The notes beneath the pieces were generated by a model, which saw only the letters and a list, made by a program, of their open reading frames with translations, was not told where the DNA came from and made no database searches. A program made the position numbers and the translations under genes. A stretch of DNA of 62,370 bases, the filler included, from Nemertoderma westbladi (taxonomy: Eukaryota; Animalia; Xenacoelomorpha): the NCBI GenBank assembly GCA_032718475.1. It is 3 parts of 3 records of this genome, joined end to end, with 100 filler letters (N's around TTAATTAATTAA, not from the genome) between each part and the next. Parts side by side here need not be neighbours in the genome. Positions count along the whole stretch, not along the records: positions 1 to 24,342 come from JAUCBJ010004005.1; 2 more parts are not named here. One strand, 5' to 3'. This document shows positions 1 through 13,100 of this stretch, one piece after another (the first letter of the stretch is position 1; every line of letters starts with the position of its first letter).

Positions 1-2202
1 TATAGGCCTAATATAGACACTACTAACCGCACACTGTTAATGTTCATAGAGTGTATGGGAGTGGATGGGTATATGGATGGAGGAGCCGAGCCTAGACCAT
101 TGAATAATTAATTTAGTGCAGGGAGATGTCGCGCCATTAGTCTGACACCGAGAGGGCACAGAGAAACACCAGAAGATGCCTTAACATCACCAACTATAGG
201 CCTGCCTATACTAGACACTATTAACCGCACACTATAAAGGTAAACAAAATCCTTATCGCATTTCCAGCTGCAGTGAGTGACAGTTAGCGGCAAACTACAG
301 AGAGTTTCCAGATTACTAAGTGTTTCAACAGTATTCAATTGTATCCTTTGGCGAAAAAATTTTGGTTGTTGCCAATTTAATTATGTTCAATTATGTTCAA
401 TTGTCCCGTTCAACAACATTACATTACACTGGTACACATTTGATAAAATGTGTTCACAATTGTACAAGTCTGCGTTTTCTGGTGGCCTGTACTGTACCGT
501 TATGAAATGTCAATCATTCAATGGGAAGTACTCGGATGTGTGTGGTGGGTGGGCTGTGCGTCTAAAAGGGCGCTAAAATGGCTGGCTCTGCTAACTGCTA
601 ACTAACTATGTTATGTGGACTGCTGTAGCAGCAGTGCACATAACATAGTCTTCCTTCCACCTGTGCCTTTATAATGTATAATGTTTTAAATCGTTTCCTA
701 ATAAACCATAATTCATGTAAATGGCGCTGTTATAAACAAAAAATGTATTAGTTACCATAAGTTATTAGTAAACAAGAAGTGTATTTACTTTCATATAATA
801 TCCTGAACTCGATTCAAATTACATTATTAGTTTACACTTTAAAATTAAACTATAAAAACGTGACATTAAAAGCGAGTAAAATAAATAAATTAAAAACACA
901 GAAATACAAACGAGTACAAACATAGAAATGAGATTTGAATATATCTACCAACATGTCGATATATAACTTAGTTGAAATACGTAACATGAAATAAAATAAA
1001 CTAAAATTGATAAAATTAAATCACCATTAAACCACATTAAACCTACTGTAGATTGTATTATTATCTATATTTTTGTTCGTCACCATTTCTATGTTTTTTC
1101 CATGAATAGCTCGACCCTTTAGGGTCGAGCTCGACCATTGTATTCCTGGCTGCTGTTGGTAGTTCGGAGTTTCACTGCTGCTTAGAATGGAATGTACAGT
1201 ATGTAAAAAAAGGCCCCGCAAACCACCTGTTGTTAACCAGAGTTGTACTTATGTCAATCAACCCAAAGGGAGCCTAAACGCGGTAGGTTCAAAGTCATTG
1301 AACCTGTGAGTTGTAACAAAACGTAACTCCGGGTATATCCAAGTGCCATAATGTCTGGTTTCAAGGGTAGTTTGGCTTTCCAAGTAGTTACAGGTCTACA
1401 TTGTATTCGCTCTCCCTATGATGACTCAATCAATAGGAACTCCGGTAGTCTACTGAATGAACGTTGGATTCCTGCTATTGCCAACTCAATTCCCAATTAA
1501 GGGCCTCCCTTTTTTTATTTACTCTTGGTATTAAATTTTTACTTCATTTTTATTTTGTAAATTTAAACTAATAATTTAAATCCTATTTAACTCCAATTTT
1601 TGTCGTATAGTATATTATTACTGTATAATGTACACGTGTACACTGTACAGTATATTCGATATATTGAATTATTGTCTAATTTTGCTGTACAGTACTGTAT
1701 GTTGTAAAGTATCTATGAATCTAATAGTCTCATTTTTGTTGTATACATTGTACATTACTGTACGAATATTCGATATTTCAATTGTCTAAATTTGTTGTAC
1801 AGTATATTGCTGTAGTATGTGGAGTATATTCGGTATGTCGTGTCATTCACTGTATGTACCGGTACTGTACGTGTACAACGTTCATCAGTGGCAGTCAATT
1901 CTTACAATTCTGTACACTTACTACCGCATTGATAAAGATAAACATTGTTTATTGAAACGTTTGTAATAACCTAACATTTTCTTGTGGCTGAAAGTCCTTA
2001 CACCGCTGTTTTCCTAATATTCTCGCCACATTCTATTTATCATGTCTTTTAATTTAGTATATTATCTCTTACAACCGACAACCACTGCCAAAAACCAGAC
2101 TCCGCAGGTTGTCGGTTATTGTCAGAGTGTGTTTTATTCACATGTTGAAATAATTCTGGGCAAGTTTGTACCCGCCCGGTTATTTCTGGCAAGTTGTCAC
2201 AT

Positions 2203-2275
2203 GCCCGGTTAGCTCAGATGGTAGAGCGTGGGACTTTTAATCCTAAGGTCAAGGGTTCAATCCCCTTATCGGGCG
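2203..2275 (+). tRNA. tRNA-Lys (anticodon UUU)
   Basis: GCCCGGTTAGCTCAGATGGTAGAGCGTGGGACTTTTAATCCTAAGGTCAAGGGTTCAATCCCCTTATCGGGCG. Acceptor stem GCCCGGT/ATCGGGC, D stem GCTC/GAGC, anticodon stem TGGGA/TCCTA with loop CTTTTAA, T stem AAGGG/CCCTT. A T-run Pol III terminator follows at ~2279-2287. Confidence 0.95.
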
Positions 2276-4912
2276 AAATTTTTTTTGTGATATTATGAAT
2301 CACTTCTGAGGAAATATTCACCCTGCTTAACGTAAGTGGTATATAGTTAATTTAAAAAATTATTTTATTTTTTCTTTTAACTATTGTCCACCTAAGAACA
2401 AATTAGGAAATCAGAAATGACTAAAATTTGTGTTTTTATTTCTCCAAAATCTCCTTTAATATTATCTAAAGTAAAGTAGTCTGATAACTAGTAAGCAATT
2501 AATTAATTGCACTGTATTTCTACTTTAATATTTAATAAATTAACATTATTATTATTATTATTATTAGAAAATTAATGTTATAATAATTCATTATTATAAA
2601 TGAACTAAAATATATATAATACTAAAACAAAAAATACATATATTATAATATTAATTAATGTATATAAAAAATTACATAGATTGATTATTACAATTTATAT
2701 ATCTTTTATTTTATTACTGTATTATTATTTATATTAAATATTGAGGTATTTTAAATTTGTAATAATTTGCCTCTATTTCAATTCAATTTTCCCGCCGAGA
2801 ATAACTCACCAGTAACCAATAGGAAAGTAGGTCTAGAAGACAACTATATTTTATTAGTGCCTCCATCCCATCACATTAATTATTATAAAACATCATCAAG
2901 CGTCTATCTCTACCAATAAATCTTGGCCACAGCAGGAGTGCGCCCACTCATGAAATCCACGAAAATGTCAACCAAGGAACAAAAAAAGTAACTTTCTCTA
3001 ATCCCAATTTTTTTCCCCTGGGTCGAAACTGTAAACATTTAGGTTCTCAAAAATGGTTATATTACAGAAATTGCATCATTGGGTGAATTTTTATAGCCTC
3101 TGAAACTTTTGGCAAAATATTTTAAAATTTTCTACTTTCTATTTGCGATTATTTGGGAAGTTTATGTGTCTTTTTTCTCATAATAATCACATGTCTAGGT
3201 CAATAGAACAGTAAAACATTTCTCTTTGGCCTTTCTACTAACGATTACAAAGGTCACTTCATCTAATATCTTGTGATTTCTATATTTTTTTTTCAATTTC
3301 AAAGAAAATAGATACACCCCTGCGAATTTTGTAATTCCGTTACGAAAATGTTCTATTTTTCTTGGTATTACAAGTTCTACTACCATCAGATATGTCATGT
3401 TCAATAATCTCTGCATTGGTTACCAGAGCTACCATTTCACCAAGTAGTGGAATATCTGCAACGTCACAGAAGGCTACAAACAGTGTAACGGATTTACATA
3501 TTTTGGTAACGGAATTACTTATCCCATTGATTAGTTATTTGAATATTGCGGGTTATTTAAATTCAGACGGGGCCCTTGGATTTTCTGCATCACTACTGTA
3601 CTGCCTTAAGGTTAGACGTTGACATTAGGTCTTGCGACTTTAGGTCCAGCGACCTTAGGTCCAATAGATGATAGGTCATGACGTGATGTTAGGTTCAATA
3701 GACATTAGGCCCTGCGACGTTAGGTCCTGGTTCTGTAAAGATCTAATGTCTCAAACATATTTGGTTGAAAGATATTTCATGTAAAGACGGACGAGATGTA
3801 ATTGAACGCAATAATGGTTTAGTATTTTGTGTGGTTGGGCAGTTGTGGCAGGTCTGTTAGGCTGTCTTCAATGATTTCATGTAGTGGTAGCTGGGTAGGC
3901 CTATGGCAACCCTACACAGCTACATACAGTCCTAACCCGAAGTTAGGCTTCTATAATCGAAGAAATTTTGCTCAATTTCGTCAATTAAAAGTTTTGCAAC
4001 TGATTGCAGTGTAAATTAGGTTAAAAATTCGCACAGTAATTCCGTGACGTTCAGTTTTGTAATTACCGTTACGATCAGAAACCTTTGAAACTCGAAATTG
4101 TTAAATTTATTAATTATAATAGTTTATAAAAAGTGAGCAGCAAATATTAGGAAGTACTAGAAGTAAGTTTTACAACTCAAATTTGCATCCAATTCGCAGC
4201 AATTCTTGTTTACAAAACACCAGTTTTTTATATTCGTTTTGCCGTGTAATTACCGTGACGATTTTTTAAACAACAAATACGCAGTAATGAAATTAAATTT
4301 TGACTAATTTTTTCGATTTCCATAACTAAATATAGAATTGTCTTTCCCCTCACACCAGTCGCATTGAATATACTTTTGAGGAAGATACATTTCCACCCTT
4401 GTGAATCTGAAAATTACTTGCGAAATGTAATTCCGTTATCGTGGAATTCATGCTACTGGTGTCACTCACTGTACTGCATAGTAACCTATGCTGTCTGTAT
4501 ACTGGTACTGTACTGTAGTTATAAAAATACTTGCTTGTTTGTGAAGCAAGCATCAATCAATGTAGACCGAACCTTTGGCCTTGTAAGACTTCTCATATTA
4601 CCATGATTTTGTTTGTTATTTATATATTATATATAATTAGGCCTACTGTTAATTATATATTTTTTTATTTATAATAAAGTTAATAATAATTATTATTATT
4701 ATTTAGACCCCCCTGCGAAACAGATTCTCGACACTTCCAGAGTCGCAGAGTGTATGAGACCATGTAGTGGGAAGCCAGTTTAGCCAATCAGAGCATCCCA
4801 TTCCTAGACCTTTTTCCGATGATCCTAGGCCTAGCAAGAATTGAATTATTTACGCCTATAATATTTGGATGGTCATATTTATAGTACCAATCAATCAATT
4901 GAGCTCATATCA

Positions 4913-5030
4913 AAAGCAAGCAAGCAAACAGTCGGCCGAAGCCGGAGGCGACCCGAGGGCTCCTCTTTCGATAGCTGCTACCCGAGGGTAGGGGTGGGCG
5001 CTACTCCTATCCCAAGATTTTCTCCCAGTT
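4913..5030 (-). mobile_element. Probable SINE/LINE 3'-end fragment with (TTGC)n tail
   Basis: GC-rich island in AT-rich DNA. The minus strand reads GGATAGGAGTAGCGCCCACCCCTACCCTCGGGTAGCAGCTATCGAAAGAGGAGCCCTCGGGTCGCC and ends in TTTGCTTGCTTGCTT. It resembles 3' tails of invertebrate SINEs (recalled similarity, not searched). Confidence 0.4.
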
Positions 5031-6090
5031 ATTTAACTGGTACTCAACTTTATAAATTGAAATATCATTTAAATATATATATGGATATATATCCAATATT
5101 TATTAGAATATTATATGTAAATTATATTATGAACAATTATTTGCAATTTGTGTAGCCTTTGTGTAGCCCAAATTGTGTGTTATTTAATTAAGCAAAGAAA
5201 GCAGTAGCATAGCTAGTGTTGCTTTCTTTGGTCTAAAAGAGAAAAAAATATTAATATTAATTCGCCAAGGTGGGATTTGCATCCAGTCCCATCCATCCAT
5301 CCATCCAGGGTAATGAGCTGAGGTGGTGAGTATCGTGGGAGATGGGGTAATGAGCTGAGGTGGTGAGTATCGTGGGAGATTGGGTAATGAGCTGAGGTGG
5401 TGAGTATCGTGGGAGATGGGGTAATGAGCTGAGGTGGTGAGTATCGTGGGAGATGGGGTAATGAGCTGAGGTGGTGAGTATCGTGGGAGATGGGGTAATG
5501 AGCTGAGGTGGTGAGTATCGTGGGGGATGGGGTAATGAGCTGAGGTGGTGAGTATCGTGGGGGATGGGGTAATGAGCTGAGGTGGTGAGTATCGTGGGAG
5601 ATGGGGTAATGAGCTGAGGAGGTGAGTATCGTGGGAGATGGGGTAATGAGCTGAGGTGGTGAGTATCGTGGGAGATGGGGTAATGAGCTGAGGTGGTGAG
5701 TATCGTGGGAGATGGGGTAATGAGCTGAGGTGGTGAGTATCGTGGGAGATTGGGTAATGAGCTGAGGTGGTGAGTATCGTGGGAGATGGGGTAATGAGCT
5801 GAGGTGGTGAGTATCGTGGGGGATGGGGTAATGAGCTGAGGTGGTGAGTATCGTGGGAGATGGGGTAATGAGCTGAGGTGGTGAGTATCGTGGGAGATGG
5901 GGTAATGAGCTGAGGTGGTGAGTATCGTGGGAGATGGGGTAATGTGCTGAGGTGGTGAGTATCGTGGGAGATGGGGTAATGAGCTGAGGTGGTGAGTATC
6001 GTGGGAGATGGGGTAATGAGCTGAGGTGGTGAGTATCGTGGGGGATGGGGTAATGAGCTGAGGTGGTGAGTACGTGGGAGATGGGGTAAT

Positions 6091-7387
6091 ACTACTAGGA
6101 TCGGCATGCTGCATTGCAGCTGCATTTTTAAGAATGCTGTGCCGGCTTGTCAACAAAATTGCACCGCCACAACTCCCTATCACCCATGACATTTGCTAGA
6201 TCATCCGCATCTTTAAGGCCAGTGTCCTTTAAGATGCGTCTCAAGAAAGTCATGGGCTGTCCACCATGCTTATTCACTCCATGAGGCTGCCAAAGTACAA
6301 GATTATGCACTGGCTGGTCCTCACGGCGAAAGCAATGTCCTGCAAAGCGGAGGCGATTTTGTTCTAGTGTCAAGCTTGGGGGAACCAATGAGACACCTCC
6401 AATGTTATATAGTGTCTGGTTGGAGATGTGTGCATTGTACTTGACACAATGAACCCGGCGTAGCATTCTTGTGAATGTGCCATCCAGAGATTTGGTGTCC
6501 TCAGCAGTTAGAGCCCAGCATGGACTCCCGTAGAGGAGTACTGGAACTACTGCTGCTCTAAATAATCGGACCTTAAGTTTCCGATTAATTCTCGGTGACT
6601 TCCAAATCCTGGAAAGCCTATTCAAGGCTGCCCATGCCTTTCCCTTACGTATTCGAAGGTCCTCACCTGACTTCCGGATCCATGATCCCAGGTAACAGAA
6701 GTCGTCCACATGCTCAAGCATACCTTCCTTTGAGCTTATGCTCATCCGATCAGAGACTTGCTGAGGACTTTCAAAGTTAACTGTCAGAATTTTGGTCTTT
6801 CTGGAGTTAATAAAAAGACCAACACTAGAAGCAGCATGTTCTAATGAGCTGAGGAGCCGTTGGGCTCCCTCTAATGATTCTGAGAGTACTCCTAAGTCAT
6901 CAGCAAAGTCTAGATCAGTTAGGTACTTGGCAGGATTTCCTCGACTTCTGGAGCCAGTAGGTGGAGTTATCAATCATCACCCCATCATCATTATAATGAT
7001 CTAAGGACATGCGTAGAACATAGTCAACCACAATAATGAACAAGAATGGTGCAAGTGTGTCTCCTTGGAGGACGCCCCATAACACTTCAAATGGTTCTGT
7101 GTCACCATCAACAGTAGACACAAATGTTGTCGAACCATCGTATACTGATCTGATTGCTGTAATAATTTCATCAGGAATCCCATATAATGAAAGTATGTTG
7201 AACATACGTGAGCGAGAGACTGAATCAAAGGCCTTGAAGAAGTCAACAAAGATAACAGCCAGATGCCTGTCTTTCTTTTTTGATAACTCTTCAATTATCC
7301 TTCTAAGTGCCAAAATGGGCTCCATGGTCCCACGACATTTACGGAACCCATTCTGATTTCCACGGAGCAGTCTCTCAATGGGATCCC
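6091..7387 (-). mobile_element. 5'-truncated RTE-clade non-LTR retrotransposon (RT with frameshift), copy 1
   Basis: RT motifs NQNGFR, FVDFFKAFDSV, GVLQGDTLAPFLF, LDFADD, FCYLGS, VLLYG, RLRFAGHC, split over ORFs 6915-7325 and 6128-6973 (frameshift near 6960-6975). Short 3' UTR ends in a TAGTAGTA tail at 6091. Confidence 0.93.
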
Positions 7388-8866
7388 TGAGCTGAGGTGG
7401 TGAGTATCGTGGGGGATGGGGTAATGAGCTGAGGTGGTGAGTACGTGGGAGATGGGGTAATGAGCTGAGGTGGTGAGTATCGTGGGAGATGGGGTAATGA
7501 GCTGAGGAGGTGAGTATCGTGGGAGATGGGGCAATGAGCTGAGGTGGTGAGTATCGTAGGGGATGGGGTAATGAGCTGAGGTGGTGAGTATCGTGGGAGA
7601 TGGGGTAATGAGCTGAGGAGGTGAGTATCGTGGGAGATGGGGTAATGAGCTGAGGTGGTGAGTATCGTGGGAGATGGGGTAATGAGCTGAGGTGGTGAGT
7701 ATCGTGGGAGATGGGGTAACGAGCTGAGGTGGTGAGTATCGTGGGGGATGGGGTAACGAGCTGAGGTGGTGTGTATCGTGGGAGATGGGGTAACGAGCTG
7801 AGGTGGTGTGTATCGTGGGAGATGGGGTAATGAGCTGAGGTGGTGAGTATCGTGGGAGATGGGGTAATGAGCTGAGGTGGTGTGTATCGTGGGGGATGGG
7901 GTAACGAGCTGAGGTGGTGTGTATCGTGGGAGATGGGGTAATGAGCTGAGGTGGTGAGTATCGTGGGAGATGGGGTAATGAGCTGAGGTGGTGAGTATCG
8001 TGGGAGATGGGGTAATGAGCTGAGGTGGTGTGTATCGTGGGAGATGCGTTAATGAGCTGAGGTGGTGAGTATCGTCGGAGATTGGGTAATGAGCTGAGGT
8101 GGTGAGTATCGTGGGAGATGCGTTAATGAGCTGAGGTGGTGAGTATCGTCGGAGATTGGGTAATGAGCTGAGGTGGTGAGTATCGTGGGAGATGGGGTAA
8201 TGAGCTGAGGTGGTGAGTATCGTGGGAGATGGGGTAATGAGCTGAGGTGGTGAGTATCGTGGGAGATGGGGTAATGAGCTGAGGTGGTGAGTATCGTGGG
8301 GGATGGGGTAATGAGCTGAGGTGGTGAGTATCGTGGGGGATGGGGTAATGAGCTGAGGTGGTGAGTATCGTGGGAGATGGGGTAATGAGCTGAGGAGGTG
8401 AGTATCGTGGGAGATGGGGTAATGAGCTGAGGTGGTGAGTATCGTGGGAGATGGGGTAATGAGCTGAGGTGGTGAGTATCGTGGGAGATGGGGTAATGAG
8501 CTGAGGTGGTGAGTATCGTGGGAGATTGGGTAATGAGCTGAGGTGGTGAGTATCGTGGGAGATGGGGTAATGAGCTGAGGTGGTGAGTATCGTGGGGGAT
8601 GGGGTAATGAGCTGAGGTGGTGAGTATCGTGGGAGATGGGGTAATGAGCTGAGGTGGTGAGTATCGTGGGAGATGGGGTAATGAGCTGAGGTGGTGAGTA
8701 TCGTGGGAGATGGGGTAATGTGCTGAGGTGGTGAGTATCGTGGGAGATGGGGTAATGAGCTGAGGTGGTGAGTATCGTGGGAGATGGGGTAATGAGCTGA
8801 GGTGGTGAGTATCGTGGGGGATGGGGTAATGAGCTGAGGTGGTGAGTACGTGGGAGATGGGGTAAT

Positions 8867-10163
8867 ACTACTAGGATCGGCATGCTGCATTGCAGCTGCA
8901 TTTTTAAGAATGCTGTGCCGGCTTGTCAACAAAATTGCACCGCCACAACTCCCTATCACCCATGACATTTGCTAGATCATCCGCATCTTTAAGGCCAGTG
9001 TCCTTTAAGATGCGTCTCAAGAAAGTCATGGGCTGTCCACCATGCTTATTCACTCCATGAGGCTGCCAAAGTACAAGATTATGCACTGGCTGGTCCTCAC
9101 GGCGAAAGCAATGTCCTGCAAAGCGGAGGCGATTTTGTTCTAGTGTCAAGCTTGGGGGAACCAATGAGACACCTCCAATGTTATATAGTGTCTGGTTGGA
9201 GATGTGTGCATTGTACTTGACACAATGAACCCGGCGTAGCATTCTTGTGAATGTGCCATCCAGAGATTTGGTGTCCTCAGCAGTTAGAGCCCAGCATGGA
9301 CTCCCGTAGAGGAGTACTGGAACTACTGCTGCTCTAAATAATCGGACCTTAAGTTTCCGATTAATTCTCGGTGACTTCCAAATCCTGGAAAGCCTATTCA
9401 AGGCTGCCCATGCCTTTCCCTTACGTATTCGAAGGTCCTCACCTGACTTCCGGATCCATGATCCCAGGTAACAGAAGTCGTCCACATGCTCAAGCATACC
9501 TTCCTTTGAGCTTATGCTCATCCGATCAGAGACTTGCTGAGGACTTTCAAAGTTAACTGTCAGAATTTTGGTCTTTCTGGAGTTAATAAAAAGACCAACA
9601 CTAGAAGCAGCATGTTCTAATGAGCTGAGGAGCCGTTGGGCTCCCTCTAATGATTCTGAGAGTACTCCTAAGTCATCAGCAAAGTCTAGATCAGTTAGGT
9701 ACTTGGCAGGATTTCCTCGACTTCTGGAGCCAGTAGGTGGAGTTATCAATCATCACCCCATCATCATTATAATGATCTAAGGACATGCGTAGAACATAGT
9801 CAACCACAATAATGAACAAGAATGGTGCAAGTGTGTCTCCTTGGAGGACGCCCCATAACACTTCAAATGGTTCTGTGTCACCATCAACAGTAGACACAAA
9901 TGTTGTCGAACCATCGTATACTGATCTGATTGCTGTAATAATTTCATCAGGAATCCCATATAATGAAAGTATGTTGAACATACGTGAGCGAGAGACTGAA
10001 TCAAAGGCCTTGAAGAAGTCAACAAAGATAACAGCCAGATGCCTGTCTTTCTTTTTTGATAACTCTTCAATTATCCTTCTAAGTGCCAAAATGGGCTCCA
10101 TGGTCCCACGACATTTACGGAACCCATTCTGATTTCCACGGAGCAGTCTCTCAATGGGATCCC
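8867..10163 (-). mobile_element. 5'-truncated RTE-clade retrotransposon, copy 2 (duplicate of 6091-7387)
   Basis: Identical translated ORFs (8904-9749, 9691-10101) at an exact offset of 2776 bp, with the same truncation point, frameshift and tail. Confidence 0.93.
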
Positions 10164-13100
10164 TGAGCTGAGGTGGTGAGTATCGTGGGGGATGGGGTAA
10201 TGAGCTGAGGTGGTGAGTACGTGGGAGATGGGGTAATGAGCTGAGGTGGTGAGTATCGTGGGAGATGGGGTAATGAGCTGAGGAGGTGAGTATCGTGGGA
10301 GATGGGGCAATGAGCTGAGGTGGTGAGTATCGTAGGGGATGGGGTAATGAGCTGAGGTGGTGAGTATCGTGGGAGATGGGGTAATGAGCTGAGGAGGTGA
10401 GTATCGTGGGAGATGGGGTAATGAGCTGAGGTGGTGAGTATCGTGGGAGATGGGGTAATGAGCTGAGGTGGTGAGTATCGTGGGAGATGGGGTAACGAGC
10501 TGAGGTGGTGAGTATCGTGGGGGATGGGGTAACGAGCTGAGGTGGTGTGTATCGTGGGAGATGGGGTAACGAGCTGAGGTGGTGTGTATCGTGGGAGATG
10601 GGGTAATGAGCTGAGGTGGTGAGTATCGTGGGAGATGGGGTAATGAGCTGAGGTGGTGTGTATCGTGGGGGATGGGGTAACGAGCTGAGGTGGTGTGTAT
10701 CGTGGGAGATGGGGTAATGAGCTGAGGTGGTGAGTATCGTGGGAGATGGGGTAATGAGCTGAGGTGGTGAGTATCGTGGGAGATGGGGTAATGAGCTGAG
10801 GTGGTGTGTATCGTGGGAGATGCGTTAATGAGCTGAGGTGGTGAGTATCGTCGGAGATTGGGTAATGAGCTGAGGTGGTGAGTATCGTGGGAGATGCGTT
10901 AATGAGCTGAGGTGGTGAGTATCGTCGGAGATTGGGTAATGAGCTGAGGTGGTGAGTATCGTGGGAGATGGGGTAATGAGCTGAGGTGGTGAGTATCGTG
11001 GGAGATGGGGTAATGAGCTGAGGTGGTGAGTATTGTGGGAGATGGGGAAATGAGCTGAGGTGGTGAGTATCGTGGGAGATGGGGTAACGAGCTGAGGTGG
11101 TGTGTATCGTCGGAGATGGGTTAATGAGCTGAGGTGGTGAGTATTGTGGGAGATGGGGAAATGAGCTGAGGTGGTGAGTATCGTGGGAGATGGGGTAACG
11201 AGCTGAGGTGGTGTGTATCGTCGGAGATGGGTTAATGAGCTGAGGTGGTGAGTATTGTGGGAGATGGGGTAATGAGCTGAGGTGGTGTGTATCGTGGGAG
11301 ATGGGGTAATGAGCTGAGGTGGTGAGTATCGTGGGAGATGGGGTAACGAGCTGAGGTGGTGAGTATCGTGGGAGATGGGGTAATGAGCTGAGGTGGTGTG
11401 TATCGTGGGAGATTGGGTAATGAGCTGAGGTGGTGAGTATCGTGGGAGATGGGATAACGAGCTGAGGTGGTGAGTATCGTGGGAGATGGGGTAATGAGCT
11501 GAGGTGGTGTGTATCGTGGGAGATTGTGAAATGAGCTGAGGTGGTGAGTATCGTGGGAGATGGGGTAATGAGCTGAGGTGGTGAGTATCGTGGGAGATGG
11601 GGTAATGAGCTGAGGTGTTGAGTATCGTGGGAGATGGAGTAATGAGCTGAGGTGGTGAGTATCGTGGGAGATGGGGTAATGAGCTGAGGTGGTGAGTATC
11701 GTGGGAGATTGGGTAATGAGCTGAGGTGGTGAGTATCGTGGGAGATGGGGTAATGAGCTGAGGTGGTGAGTATCGTGGGAGATGGGATAATGAGCTGAGG
11801 TGTTGAGTATCGTGGGAGATGGAGTAATGAGCTGAGGTGGTGAGTATCGTGGGAGATGGGGTAATGAGCTGAGGTGGTGAGTATCGTGGGAGATTGGGTA
11901 ATGAGCTGAGGTGGTGAGTATCGTGGGAGATGGGGTAATGAGCTGAGGTGGTGAGTATCGTGGGAGATTGGGTAATGAGCTGAGGTGGTGAGTATCGTGG
12001 GAGATGGGGTAATGAGCTGAGGTGGTGCGTGGTGAGTATCGTGGGAGATGGGGTAATGAGCTGAGGTGGTGAGTATCGTGGGAGATGGGGTAATGAGCTG
12101 AGGTGGTGAGTATCGTGGGAGATGGGGTAATGAGCTGAGGTGGTGAGTATCGTGGGAGATGGGGTAATGAGCTGAGGTGGTGCGTGGTGAGTATCGTGGG
12201 AGATGGGGTAATGAGCTGAGGTGGTGAGTATCGTGGGAGATGGGGTAATGAGCTGAGGTGGTGAGTATCGTGGGAGATGGGGTTATGAGCTGAGGTGGTG
12301 AGTATCGTGGGGGATGGGGTAATGAAAAAGCTGAGGTAGTTAGTAGGCTGCTAAATGTTGTGAGTGGCTTGCCGAGGTGGATGGTATAACAGGGCTATAA
12401 AAATTATGGCTTTCTATTGGTTGTTATAAATAACAACCTACTCAACTAGAAGTACCTGGTAGAGGAGAGCTAATTTGGCAAACTAAATCTTCTGGGGTTG
12501 GCTGATTCGCAGGTTGACAGAAGCTCCTTGACAATTATTGAAAGTTAATCTTACAGACTCCCTTGTATTCCCCTGCCTGAGTGTCTGCCTCCTTCTGTAC
12601 AAAACAATTTAGGGAGGAATTCCTTGAGTCATTTCAATAGGCCTATAAATTCAGCATTCAAAAGACGATTAGTTGAAACAAATGTAAGACAGAAAAGAAC
12701 AAGTAGTGAAGTATTGAAGTAGTGCGGTTTGAAATAATATCGTATATTACTTCGCGTATAGACAAGGCATTTCATTCCCTCTACACCTATTTAAATAATG
12801 CTATTTCAGTATCTGATTATTATTTTATATACAATTAAACTTTATCTATCCCCAATATTTTGTACCAAGTCGGTAAAAATACAGTCGGGTTGAGGAAGCG
12901 GAAAATTTTTGAACTGTGAAGAAATATATTATTGATATGCACTGTTATGTGTAGTGTAGAATGCTGATTTTGCTATTTTAACACACAAATAATGTAAGGT
13001 TTTGATTTTGAGTGCATGACGTCACTAACACTAGACTACTCGACTTTAAATATTTTTATGTAATTGTATTGTTATGTAATTTTAAAATTTACAAATTTCC

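Larger units (their letters stand above)
5308..12325. repeat. 37-bp G-rich minisatellite (GAGCTGAGGTGGTGAGTATCGTGGGAGATGGGGTAAT)n, interrupted by two RTE copies
   Basis: Direct reading. Blocks at 5308-6090, 7388-8866 and 10164-12325. The 37-aa periodicity of the minus-strand ORFs equals 3 x 37 nt. Confidence 0.97.

Noticed and set aside
1108-1136. Overlapping palindromes AGCTCGACCCT-TT-AGGGTCGAGCT / GGTCGAGCTCGACC
   Set aside because: Too short and isolated to assign a function.
1027-4610. Possible minus-strand spliced gene (AG/GT-bounded open segments near 4357-4407 and 3340-3473)
   Set aside because: Phases can be joined but no protein family is recognisable; not supportable without transcripts.
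5184-8968. Pro/His/Thr-rich ORFs of 280-510 aa
   Set aside because: By-products of the 37-bp minisatellite; all three minus frames give the same periodic peptide.
12455-12600. Exon-like minus-strand segment with good splice sites
   Set aside because: Stops in all three frames; at most non-coding, and unsupported.
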